From: Aeromonas phage 25
Sequence record: DQ529280.1
DNA: 24,000 nt
Strand: one strand, 5' to 3'
Position numbers and translations under genes: made by a program. This document shows positions 1 through 7,828 of the stretch, one piece after another. The notes beneath the pieces were generated by a model. The model was not told the DNA's origin, did no database searches, and was given only the letters and a program-made list of their open reading frames with translations. Within the stretch, counting starts at the first letter, position 1, and each line of letters starts with the position of its first letter.

Positions 1-2115
1 TTACTGAGCCCGGAGAATTTCGATATCTTTCATGATTTCAGGAGTTAATTCTATACCACTAACTGCAACTGCAAACAATAGCGGGTGTTTAATTTTCAAT
101 GACTCCATATGGTCATAGAACATTTCAGAATACTTTTTATTCTGTTTATCAACATATTCTTTGATTTCAGCAAAATCGGCATAATCGGGATTTCCGATTT
201 CAACCCATTGAGCTGCATCATTCAGGAAATCATTATTACTTTCGTCAAACGTTTCGGTTATATCAATTCCAAGAATGCCCAGTTGCTTAAGACGAATTGC
301 TTCTTCATAGTCTCCGATATTAGGGCACTCAGCACTGAGAATATCAAAAGCCTCTTTCGACACTTTGCACTGGTCGTATGCCCACTTAAAACCGCATTTC
401 AAACCAGGAGCCTTCACGGCAGCAGAACGCTTTCCATTATCGATGACGTAAACTTCAGTTGCTCCAATCTGCATTAATTTGCTAGGGGCATTACGCACTG
501 TATGTGGCGAAACTTTAAGTGCAATTCTGTCAAATGTATCATTATACGAAATAATCGCAATTCCTTCAAGAGCTTTTATTTCAGCAGATGTCATGTAAAC
601 CAATTCGATGTCGCGAATGTCAAAATCATTAATGTAATGGCGTTGAACGTTTGGCTTAGGATCTCGACGAGGAGATGTTTTGCGCTTATGTACCGTGAAT
701 GCTTTTCGAATATCATCCATTTCGCTAAATTTGAGAATTGAGCGTTCGCCAACTCCAAACTTCTCACAAATAGCTTTCATGGTTCGGGCATATTGGGCGT
801 ACTCGTTTTTCTTCAACTTACGAGTTTTGTTCAACACGACTACCGGAATGGTATTGCCAATATGATGATGATACGCCCGAACCATATTTGGAATGCCTTC
901 ACCGGTATCATTGATGAGAACATGCACTTTACGCCGACTGATTCCAAAGACTTCTGTTGCATCTATATTGGAACTTCTCCACGAATAACCAGAGCGCGTA
1001 ATATGCTGGCGCAAACTACCGACGCGATATGCATAAACGGTAATGTCGCAAAGCTTTGACATATTCGTATATCGATCAATAAGATCGTTAATTCGCTCGC
1101 CGTCAATGGTCAAATCTGAAATAGCTTGACGAACATAGTTGTTGTATCCACTGGCTTTAATTACGGCTTTTCGTTTATCGGTTATTCCGTCAAATTCCTT
1201 CTTTATTGATTCGGCAAAGTTATCAGAAAAATCACGAAGTCGAGAAACAATGTAATCTTCGCCTTCTTTGGTCAGCGATAGTTCTTCCCGAGAAGGAGCA
1301 ATGTCTACTGAGCCAATGGGGCACTTGATATACGCGGCTTTACCGGCATATCGAAATACCATATCAGATTCCAGGAGACGATGAGGGATCGGGTACACCA
1401 CTCCACCAATTACTGCATATACTTCTCCCGGACGGGCGAATTCGTCAGTATTGAAGAACGAATCTTGATTCGGAAATTCTTCAATACTGCTTGCATCCAT
1501 ATTTGTGATGTAAGGCTTGCAGCGATCAAATGCCCTGTACACTTTGCGAGCTAGTACTTTCCAGCGAGCATGTTCGTGCTCAGGAATCGGCACCAGAATC
1601 TCGAGACCATCTTCTTCAGTCGTCGGAGTAGTCGACATCGGTGTAGCAAATGGTTCTCCATTATCCATATACATGTTGTAGACGGTACACAGACCTTTTT
1701 GATAGCTTTTTACGGTGAAACCGCCACCCGACTCACTGTATGCAAATGGAGACTTGCAGCCAAGACCGAAACCGCCGATTGAATCATCGGAACCATCTTT
1801 GGTAGAAGCAAAATAGACAGTGAAAATTTCATCAACTTGCTCTTGTGTCAGACCAGTTCCAAAATCGCGGATTACGAACCACGGGTAAATTGCAGTTGGG
1901 AGAGTGACGTTGAATGGAATATGTCCTTTGCCGAGTTCACAATGGATATCAACTGCGTTACACGAAAGCTCACGTAAAACTGCTTCAGCTTTGTCTTTAT
2001 AAAGCTTTTCAGAAAGTACTTGGAATGCCTTCCGCCCGGCCTGGATTTTAAACCCTGTCCGTTTAGAAGGTGCATTACCAAACATCACGTCTTGTTCGTT
2101 AGAACCAATAATCAT
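1..2115 (-). CDS. rIIA: rIIA-like protein (GHKL ATPase-type N-terminus)
   Basis: 704-aa ORF; VLRELSCNAVDIH, FVIRDFGTGL, GGFGLGCKSPFAY and IKCPIGSVDIAPSREELSL closely parallel T4 rIIA (VVRELITNMIDAH, FVCRDFGPGM, GGFGLGSKSPFSY, IKFPMGSLDIAPSREALSL). Confidence 0.93.
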   Translation of the reverse strand: MIIGSNEQDVMFGNAPSKRTGFKIQAGRKAFQVLSEKLYKDKAEAVLRELSCNAVDIHCELGKGHIPFNVTLPTAIYPWFVIRDFGTGLTQEQVDEIFTVYFASTKDGSDDSIGGFGLGCKSPFAYSESGGGFTVKSYQKGLCTVYNMYMDNGEPFATPMSTTPTTEEDGLEILVPIPEHEHARWKVLARKVYRAFDRCKPYITNMDASSIEEFPNQDSFFNTDEFARPGEVYAVIGGVVYPIPHRLLESDMVFRYAGKAAYIKCPIGSVDIAPSREELSLTKEGEDYIVSRLRDFSDNFAESIKKEFDGITDKRKAVIKASGYNNYVRQAISDLTIDGERINDLIDRYTNMSKLCDITVYAYRVGSLRQHITRSGYSWRSSNIDATEVFGISRRKVHVLINDTGEGIPNMVRAYHHHIGNTIPVVVLNKTRKLKKNEYAQYARTMKAICEKFGVGERSILKFSEMDDIRKAFTVHKRKTSPRRDPKPNVQRHYINDFDIRDIELVYMTSAEIKALEGIAIISYNDTFDRIALKVSPHTVRNAPSKLMQIGATEVYVIDNGKRSAAVKAPGLKCGFKWAYDQCKVSKEAFDILSAECPNIGDYEEAIRLKQLGILGIDITETFDESNNDFLNDAAQWVEIGNPDYADFAEIKEYVDKQNKKYSEMFYDHMESLKIKHPLLFAVAVSGIELTPEIMKDIEILRAQ

Positions 2116-2127
2116 TATATGTTTCCT

Positions 2128-2394
2128 TTATTCAGTAATATCGAAATATTCGCGCTCACCCCAGAAAACCCATGCGTGATCTTCACACTGACCGCCGTCA
2201 TACACAAACACTCCAGCGACTTGATTGCCGAAACCGTCAAGAACAGCCAATACTGGGGTTTTGTCATATTCATCTGCCGGTTCTTCTCGGCATTCCCATG
2301 TGTCCATACCGAGAGTGTGAGCAATCCATTCATTGCATTTGGCAATACGTGCAAATGCTTTGCGATGTTCTTCGGATTTAAAGGTGATTTGCAT
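2128..2394 (-). CDS. hypothetical small protein, 'FKSEEHRKAFA' family
   Basis: 88-aa ORF in the operon direction; N-terminus MQITFKSEEHRKAFARIAKCNEW resembles ORF 3528-3779 (KFKSPEHRKAFAKSASYNAEF). Confidence 0.75.
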   Translation of the reverse strand: MQITFKSEEHRKAFARIAKCNEWIAHTLGMDTWECREEPADEYDKTPVLAVLDGFGNQVAGVFVYDGGQCEDHAWVFWGEREYFDITE

Positions 2395-2656
2395 AACTAT
2401 GTTCCTTTTTCATGCGGTGTTCCATTTTGGAAACAATTTTGCCCCAATCGGAACCATAAAGATTCGCTTCGTGCACAAGACCTAAATGACACAGCCGGCC
2501 AAGTTCTTTGCGGGTTGCAATACCAGCTTTGATATTAGCAATAATTGGGTTAACTTCGTCGCTCAGTTCATCGGCAGTTTCTTCATCACCCATGAATCGC
2601 ACATTGATGCGACAAATTCGAACCAAGGTTTCAGATATTTCTTCATACAGGGTCAT
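2378..2656 (-). CDS. hypothetical protein
   Basis: 92-aa ORF; AGGAGG-type RBS before the ATG (minus strand AAAGGAGGTCATTATG) and a promoter-like sequence upstream. Confidence 0.75.
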   Translation of the reverse strand: MTLYEEISETLVRICRINVRFMGDEETADELSDEVNPIIANIKAGIATRKELGRLCHLGLVHEANLYGSDWGKIVSKMEHRMKKEHSYANHL

Positions 2657-2694
2657 AATGACCTCCTTTGTTTTTCTACTGGTGTTATCCTAAC

Positions 2695-2723
2695 ATAGTA
2701 AACATTACCATGACACAGTTAAA
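2695..2723 (-). promoter_or_regulatory. sigma70-like promoter TTTAAC-17-TACTAT
   Basis: Minus strand: -35 TTTAAC (2718-2723), 17-bp spacer, -10 TACTAT (2695-2700), upstream of the 2378-2656 gene. Confidence 0.45.
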
Positions 2724-2774
2724 GTTAAAATAATTTTAGGATTAACTGGGTTGAACCTGGATAATACCTTATTC

Positions 2775-2849
2775 TTATGTGAATGTATTATTGACTAAAC
2801 TATTGAGTTCAGCCAGGTTTACCTGGGTCGACCCTGTCGAACTAGACAT
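2775..2849 (-). CDS. candidate 24-aa micro-ORF MSSSTGSTQVNLAELNSLVNNTFT
   Basis: AAAGGATAAA immediately precedes the ATG; TAA stop at 2775-2777; TATAAT-like box upstream. Below the ORF-track length cutoff. Confidence 0.4.
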   Translation of the reverse strand: MSSSTGSTQVNLAELNSLVNNTFT

Positions 2850-2850
2850 T

Positions 2851-2894
2851 TTTATCCTTTATGGCTTAATAGATATTATAACTAAAAGGATAAA
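2851..2894 (-). promoter_or_regulatory. -10/late-like element inside a 10-bp inverted repeat that pairs anti-SD with the SD
   Basis: Plus arms tttatccttt (2851-2860) and aaaggataaa (2885-2894) are exact complements; minus-strand TATAAT (TTATAATATC) at 2875-2880 lies between; the 2851-2860 arm is the RBS of the 2775-2849 micro-ORF. Confidence 0.5.
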
Positions 2895-2924
2895 TTCGAG
2901 CTTCGCTCGAAGAGGCAAAGCCTC
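2895..2924. repeat. two directly abutting perfect hairpins
   Basis: TTCGAGC-TTC-GCTCGAA (2895-2911) and GAGGC-AAA-GCCTC (2912-2924). Confidence 0.7.
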
Positions 2925-2939
2925 AAACTGTTTTGATAC

Positions 2940-2963
2940 AAAAAAGCCGGGCAGCCGCCCGGC
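2940..2963 (-). terminator. Rho-independent terminator
   Basis: Minus strand GCCGGGC-GGCT-GCCCGGC-TTTTTT. Confidence 0.9.
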
Positions 2964-2966
2964 AAG

Positions 2967-3223
2967 TTAATCAAATCAATGAACTCGAAGAAGCAAGTTT
3001 CGTCGCTAGCGATAGACTCGAACACCCGCGCCATCAATGACGATGTCAAAACCAGCCAGCAAATGGAGAATTGAGTTTGACAACGTCGAACTCTTTCATT
3101 CCCAAGTGACGAGCGATACGACGGTTGTTATTTGTGTCGCCCAGAGGACCAATTGCCCAACGCTTTTCGCCGTAGTTGATGAACTGCTGGCGTGCTTCTT
3201 TCAGATTTGAAACGTGCTTTCAT
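2967..3223 (-). pseudogene. frameshift-fragmented member of the 'FKSEEHRKAF' small-protein family
   Basis: Good RBS (AAAGGAGAATAAAATG) and start at 3223. Removing one base from each of the homopolymers at 3199-3201, 3048-3051 and 3025-3027 yields MKARFKSEEARQQFINYGEKRWAIGPLGDTNNNRRIARHLGMKEFDVVKLNSPFAGWFDIVIDGAVFESIASDETCFFEFIDLI. Confidence 0.65.
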
Positions 3224-3224
3224 T

Positions 3225-3440
3225 TTATTCTCCTTTAGCCAATTCAATTTGAACGTATTCGATGTATGAAGCAGCTTTCTTGCCGCCGAGACGCTTTGCT
3301 TTCTTTGTACCTTTGATGTTCATGAAGACTGACGGAGAATCAGTTTCAACACCGTAAACATTGATAAAGGTATCAAGATACGGGGAGAAGAACATTGCAT
3401 GGGATTTAACGTTACCGAATGCTTCGGTGAAGTTGATCAT
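3225..3440 (-). CDS. hypothetical protein
   Basis: 71-aa ORF, ATGGAG RBS region upstream, promoter and palindrome upstream; its TAA stop is 1 nt from the next ATG. Confidence 0.7.
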   Translation of the reverse strand: MINFTEAFGNVKSHAMFFSPYLDTFINVYGVETDSPSVFMNIKGTKKAKRLGGKKAASYIEYVQIELAKGE

Positions 3441-3476
3441 TTTAAATTACTCCATGTTTTGCAGTTTGTTTAACTT

Positions 3477-3511
3477 GAGGCTATAGTATCCCATAGCCTC
3501 GCGGTTGTAAA
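3477..3511 (-). promoter_or_regulatory. promoter TTTACA-17-TACTAT with the -10 in a perfect palindrome
   Basis: -35 TTTACA at 3506-3511, -10 TACTAT at 3483-3488; palindrome GAGGCTAT (3477-3484)/ATAGCCTC (3493-3500). Confidence 0.6.
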
Positions 3512-3527
3512 CTGCTTTGTTGTGAAA

Positions 3528-3779
3528 TTATTCAATAATTTCCATGAAATAATAAAGTTCTTCGTCGTCGAAAATGATTCCGCCACCACCTGTTGATTCC
3601 GGCAGCTCGATCACCACACCATCAGAATCGACCAAACGGTATTGAACATTTTTGTTTGGATCAAACCCGAGCCAAAATTCGTCTGGCATGAATTTCTCGA
3701 ATTCGGCGTTGTACGAGGCAGATTTAGCAAAAGCTTTACGGTGCTCCGGGGATTTGAATTTAACTCGAACGATTTTCAT
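3528..3779 (-). CDS. hypothetical small protein, 'FKSEEHRKAFA' family
   Basis: 83-aa ORF, AAGGAG RBS; paralogous N-terminus to ORF 2128-2394. Confidence 0.78.
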   Translation of the reverse strand: MKIVRVKFKSPEHRKAFAKSASYNAEFEKFMPDEFWLGFDPNKNVQYRLVDSDGVVIELPESTGGGGIIFDDEELYYFMEIIE

Positions 3780-3809
3780 GATGTACTCCTTAGTTGATTT
3801 GATGGATCC

Positions 3810-3838
3810 ATAATACCATTCACTTTAAGCGTTGTACA
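3810..3838 (-). promoter_or_regulatory. promoter TGTACA-17-TATTAT
   Basis: -35 TGTACA at 3833-3838, -10 TATTAT at 3810-3815, just downstream of a terminator and upstream of gene 3528-3779. Confidence 0.65.
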
Positions 3839-3856
3839 CTGTTTTTCAAAAACAAC

Positions 3857-3879
3857 AAAGGGCTCCGAAGAGCCCTTTT
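3857..3879 (-). terminator. Rho-independent terminator overlapping the topoisomerase stop codon
   Basis: Minus strand GGGCTC-TTCG-GAGCCC (3860-3875) with UUCG tetraloop followed by TTTGTTGTTTTT. Confidence 0.85.
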
Positions 3880-5702
3880 CATTGTGACATCCATTGTTTT
3901 CGAAGTTCTGCTTCATCGCCAAGCAGCATTTCGAACAATTCTTCCCAATCGGGTCCAAGATCGACGATATCATATTGAGGGTTATTAACGACTTCGGAAT
4001 ATTCATGTTCGCGAAGTGAACCCAATCCTTTGATGTATCGAAGTTCCCAACCTTTGTACTTTTCCTTTTGTGCATCAAACTCAGTTATGGTATAAAACCA
4101 CTTGGTCTGCTTTCCTTTAGAAAGAATGACTACCGGAGTTTTTACAAATCGTACGCACCCAAGATCATACAACTTTGGCCAACGGCTAAAGAACGCGAGT
4201 AGACATGGGTAAATTGAGCCTTGGCCATCTGGATCGGCATCAGTCATGATTGCAACATTTTTGTATTTGCGATTTTCGACATCATCTGGATTAGCTAAAT
4301 CGAGACCCATGATTGCACAGATATCGGCCAATTCTCGGTTCTTTAGCACGTCAGAACCTTTCATTCCCCAAGTGTTCATAACCTTTCCTCGAAGAGCATA
4401 TCCACCATGCAATTCGCTGTCACGAACACTCAACAAATACCCAATAGCCGAATCACCTTCTGTCAGGAACAGAGTTGTTTCTTTGGAAATGTCACCCCAG
4501 GAACCGGCCTTTATATGCTTAGCGACTTTGGTTTTTGCTGCTGCTTTTTGGGCTTTCGTCAATGCTGCTTTTTCTGCAGCCAGATGGCGAGCAAGAGCAG
4601 CCTCAATGATTGGCATCAGGATAGCATCATTGTTCATGATTTGCTTTCCTAACTTTTTGAAGTCCAGCTCAATGTGTGATTTCACTTCGCCAAGCGGATT
4701 CGTCAAACGTTCCTTTGTCTGAGAATCAAACCGAAGATTACTCATTCCACGAACAGCCACAATCATCGTCAAGCATTCTTTAATTCGAGCTTTGCTTATT
4801 TCAATTTTATGCTTTCGTTTGATTGATGGAATAAGTTCGTCGGCAATGCCATCTACCAAGTAATCGATGTGGGACCCACCATTCTTGATATTCAAACCAT
4901 TGACATAACTGACTTGGCGGAATCCTTCAGGAGAATTGCAGATTGCAATGCTGAAATTGTCATTTTCGAGAATGAGAGATTCATCACCGAACATTTTAGC
5001 GTATTCTGCAAACTTCATCGAAGCAACTTCACCGTTGATAGTGAATTTAATCTTCGGGAACACCACGGACAATGCCGTGATTCGATCTGAAATGATATCT
5101 ACTATCTGCTGATCGATCGTTTTTCCTTCAAAGTGCTTTTCATCAGGGATGAAATATACCGACGTTCCTTTGATTTTACCTGGCTTGGTTTCCCAATTGA
5201 CTTGAGATGCACCATCAGAGCAAGTGACAGTGAGAAAGTTTTTGCCATCGCATGTTTCACCGATAAAAGTCTTGGAGAAGAAGTTTGTCAGAGAAGAACC
5301 TACACCATTCATCCCCATCGATACGCGTTTAGTATCATCAAAGTTTGAACCTGCCATAGTTTGTGTCCAGGCAGCAACAGGCTTGGGCATTTCTCCATCT
5401 GGAGTGTTTACCATCGATTGAGGAATACCTCGGCCATTATCCACTACTGTCACAGAACCTTCAAGCAAATCAAAGCGAATATCAATCTTATTTGCAAATT
5501 TAAAATCAGTACGAATACCTTCATCCACCGAGTTATCAATGATTTCATCGATGATTTTTACCAGGCCTGGAACATAAGAAACAGATTGATACTTACCAAA
5601 CAAGAATCGTTCGTGTGGTTCATACGCAACAGAACCTACATACATATTTGGGCGAAGAATTACATGTTCGCGAGGAGTTAGAACTTTGAATTCATCAGAC
5701 AT
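3879..5702 (-). CDS. 39: DNA topoisomerase II large subunit (T4 gp39/gp60-like, single polypeptide)
   Basis: 607-aa ORF with HVILRPNMYVGS, DNSVDEG, VVDNGRGIP, TOPRIM-like LFLTEGDSAIG and MTDADPDGQGS. Confidence 0.93.
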   Translation of the reverse strand: MSDEFKVLTPREHVILRPNMYVGSVAYEPHERFLFGKYQSVSYVPGLVKIIDEIIDNSVDEGIRTDFKFANKIDIRFDLLEGSVTVVDNGRGIPQSMVNTPDGEMPKPVAAWTQTMAGSNFDDTKRVSMGMNGVGSSLTNFFSKTFIGETCDGKNFLTVTCSDGASQVNWETKPGKIKGTSVYFIPDEKHFEGKTIDQQIVDIISDRITALSVVFPKIKFTINGEVASMKFAEYAKMFGDESLILENDNFSIAICNSPEGFRQVSYVNGLNIKNGGSHIDYLVDGIADELIPSIKRKHKIEISKARIKECLTMIVAVRGMSNLRFDSQTKERLTNPLGEVKSHIELDFKKLGKQIMNNDAILMPIIEAALARHLAAEKAALTKAQKAAAKTKVAKHIKAGSWGDISKETTLFLTEGDSAIGYLLSVRDSELHGGYALRGKVMNTWGMKGSDVLKNRELADICAIMGLDLANPDDVENRKYKNVAIMTDADPDGQGSIYPCLLAFFSRWPKLYDLGCVRFVKTPVVILSKGKQTKWFYTITEFDAQKEKYKGWELRYIKGLGSLREHEYSEVVNNPQYDIVDLGPDWEELFEMLLGDEAELRKQWMSQ

Positions 5703-5727
5703 TAATATTCCTCATAATGAATTGATA

Positions 5728-5764
5728 GAGTAGTGCCATTATATCACTACTCAGTGTTTTGCGA
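5728..5764 (-). promoter_or_regulatory. promoter-like TATAAT inside a perfect palindrome
   Basis: Minus strand GAGTAGTG-ATATAATGG-CACTACTC (5728-5752), TATAAT at 5738-5743; weak -35 TTCGCA 16 bp upstream. Confidence 0.5.
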
Positions 5765-5839
5765 ACTTTCGCGTTTAATCTTTCCAGAAATTGGCACGAT
5801 AATTATAGTGACAACAAACAAGACAGCCACAGTTGACAT

Positions 5840-6235
5840 TTAGTCCTCCCAAATGGATTTTTTAACATCTTTTTTCATTTGCGATTTGTAAAGCAAAGAC
5901 GCCAAACTACCAGTCTGATCTAAAATGGGATACGCAATACTGTCTTTACGGACTTTGACAAGAGTTTTATACAATTTTCGAAAACCGATGCCTTTACAGT
6001 TTTCGAAATCAACATTTGTTCCATCCGAGATAATAACCCATTTTGCGAATGGACCAATTTTGTTTCCTTTTAGCCTCATCGTCATGCTATACTTCTTTAG
6101 CCATGCGTTCATTGCAGTGATTTCAGTTTCGCATTTACGTTTCCAATGGTCATCCCACATAGAAACGTAACATGCAATAAGCACAGCACTGACAACAACG
6201 ATAAAAATTACTTGGTACATGCTTTTATCATCCAT
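5840..6235 (-). CDS. hypothetical membrane-anchored protein
   Basis: 131-aa ORF with an N-terminal hydrophobic segment MYQVIFIVVVSAVLIACYVSMW. Confidence 0.7.
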   Translation of the reverse strand: MDDKSMYQVIFIVVVSAVLIACYVSMWDDHWKRKCETEITAMNAWLKKYSMTMRLKGNKIGPFAKWVIISDGTNVDFENCKGIGFRKLYKTLVKVRKDSIAYPILDQTGSLASLLYKSQMKKDVKKSIWED

Positions 6236-6537
6236 TTTTCGGCTTTCAAGTTGAGTTGGAAATTCAATTCGGTTTTAATCAAATCTACGATCTGTGTTTC
6301 ACTGAGTTTAGGATAATCTTCCTTGTATTGCAAATACAGCATGTCGCAAACACAGTTCATAATATCTGCAGCTTCACCGACTGGGCGTTCATCGCAGCGT
6401 TCTGGCTGGTTCAGTGACTTGGCAAATTCACCTACTTCTTCCATCAGCTTGCCCATCACAAAACCCATCGATCTTGGAGGAACAGCCATGCTAGCGTTAA
6501 AGCTGCTAGTCATATCGATTTTGACGTCATCAATCAT
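6208..6537 (-). CDS. MazG-like all-alpha NTP pyrophosphohydrolase family protein
   Basis: EEVGEFAKSLNQPE...GEAADIMNCVCDML fits the EExxE...ExxD signature. Confidence 0.7.
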   Translation of the reverse strand: MIDDVKIDMTSSFNASMAVPPRSMGFVMGKLMEEVGEFAKSLNQPERCDERPVGEAADIMNCVCDMLYLQYKEDYPKLSETQIVDLIKTELNFQLNLKAEKWMIKACTK

Positions 6538-6764
6538 TTTTGCTCCTCAAATTCGAAATATCGCTGTTCCTCGAGTGGAATTCCAATGTTGTATCCAAGG
6601 AAAGTAGCATTTGTTTTCAATGTCCCGTCTGGCATTGTTTCGAGAACTCGAAGTTCTCCAGATTTGGATTTCAGTTCAAGCGTACTTGCCCATAACCTCT
6701 GCCCTTCCGTTTTGCAAAAACGTTGTTGATATTCGGAAAGAGGGATTTTCAATTTAATTTTCAT
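6534..6764 (-). CDS. hypothetical protein (76 aa with adjusted start)
   Basis: The track ORF starts at 6854; MKIKLKIPLSEYQQRF at 6764 follows a GAGG RBS and overlaps the upstream stop. Confidence 0.7.
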   Translation of the reverse strand: MKIKLKIPLSEYQQRFCKTEGQRLWASTLELKSKSGELRVLETMPDGTLKTNATFLGYNIGIPLEEQRYFEFEEQK

Positions 6765-6978
6765 TTTGAACCTCGAAATATTGCTTACAGTTTGCAGAAA
6801 TTCTGCCGCGCCAACATGGACCATAGACATTGAGAAGCCATTCGGGGCCATCATTGCCTATAACACAGAGTTGCCTCCATTTTGCAAATTCAACAATAGT
6901 CCTTGCTAATCTGTAGGATTGACTGTCTTGACGGTTTGCATCTATGAAACCTTTCTTATCAACAAGACGAATTCTCAT
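6754..6978 (-). CDS. hypothetical protein
   Basis: 74-aa ORF tightly packed in the minus-strand operon. Confidence 0.65.
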   Translation of the reverse strand: MRIRLVDKKGFIDANRQDSQSYRLARTIVEFAKWRQLCVIGNDGPEWLLNVYGPCWRGRISANCKQYFEVQNEN

Positions 6979-6980
6979 TT

Positions 6981-7301
6981 TTATTGCTCGTATTGAAGTT
7001 TCACTAAAATTCGTTGTCCACGCTTCATGGAAACATCGACAATTCCCCTCAAACCAATCAGCTCGTACGCATACGTGATAGATTGCGGAAAATTAGTCGC
7101 AATGATTTTGCGAATTTTCTCTTTATACTCAGCCATTTGAGTTTGAGACTCGTTGTATGCCTTAGTCTTAAAGAGTTTGCCCCAAGTGTCTTGATTGTTT
7201 GCACCAATAGAGTTCATTTCAATGAAAAGGTCATACAATTCCTTTTCAACTCCATGACTTTTTTCTTCGCACAGCAGCAATCTATGATTCGGAGCTCCCA
7301 T
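6981..7301 (-). CDS. hypothetical protein
   Basis: 106-aa ORF; overlaps the preceding stop by 1 nt. Confidence 0.7.
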   Translation of the reverse strand: MGAPNHRLLLCEEKSHGVEKELYDLFIEMNSIGANNQDTWGKLFKTKAYNESQTQMAEYKEKIRKIIATNFPQSITYAYELIGLRGIVDVSMKRGQRILVKLQYEQ

Positions 7302-7522
7302 CAGATTTTACCCTTCAGTTCTTCATAGATACCTTCTTTCAGCACCCAGGTGGTACCTTCTGCGGTGATAACACGTTCGAGAACAGCAATTCGAGTATTG
7401 CCTTCGAAAACATACAGAACGGTAGTATAGCAGAGATGCTCTTCGTGGGATTTCTCGACAACAGAAACCTTGTTGGAAAACATTACGTCAAGGAAGAAAT
7501 CTTTGGAAATACGCATTTTCAT
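7301..7522 (-). CDS. hypothetical protein
   Basis: 73-aa ORF with GGAG upstream; the start may be the second ATG (7516). Confidence 0.7.
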   Translation of the reverse strand: MKMRISKDFFLDVMFSNKVSVVEKSHEEHLCYTTVLYVFEGNTRIAVLERVITAEGTTWVLKEGIYEELKGKI

Positions 7523-7537
7523 TACTCCATGTTTGTT

Positions 7538-7575
7538 TGATGTGGCTATTATAAAACAGCCACATCAGTTGTACA
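7538..7575 (-). promoter_or_regulatory. promoter TGTACA-16-TATAAT with the -10 in a perfect 10-bp palindrome
   Basis: -35 TGTACA 7570-7575, -10 TATAAT 7548-7553; arms TGATGTGGCT (7538-7547)/AGCCACATCA (7558-7567). Confidence 0.7.
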
Positions 7576-7576
7576 C

Positions 7577-7828
7577 TTAAATTTCGTACTCAGAGATAAA
7601 TTCAACAAAATCTTTTTCTACGCTAACGTTGGTCTGTTCGAGTTCGCAAATGATAGCATCGCCATCTTGCTTGATGTGATACTCGTAACCGACAGCCTGA
7701 GGATCCATAGCAGCATACATATCGTCAATGCACGAGAAAACTTGGCAGCCTCTAGAAGCAATCGAATAAGCACAAATGTGGGCTTCAATCGCAAATGCTA
7801 CACCGAATTTGTTAATTGCGTAAATCAT
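7577..7828 (-). CDS. hypothetical protein
   Basis: 83-aa ORF with CAAGGAG RBS and a promoter upstream. Confidence 0.75.
   Translation of the reverse strand: MIYAINKFGVAFAIEAHICAYSIASRGCQVFSCIDDMYAAMDPQAVGYEYHIKQDGDAIICELEQTNVSVEKDFVEFISEYEI

Noticed and set aside
2115-2354. 79-aa minus-strand ORF
   Set aside because: Nested out of frame within ORF 2128-2394, which has a family relative and better context.
2779-2970. 63-aa plus-strand ORF in the 2.7-3.0 kb intergenic region
   Set aside because: Runs through terminator and hairpins, opposite to all transcription; no RBS support.
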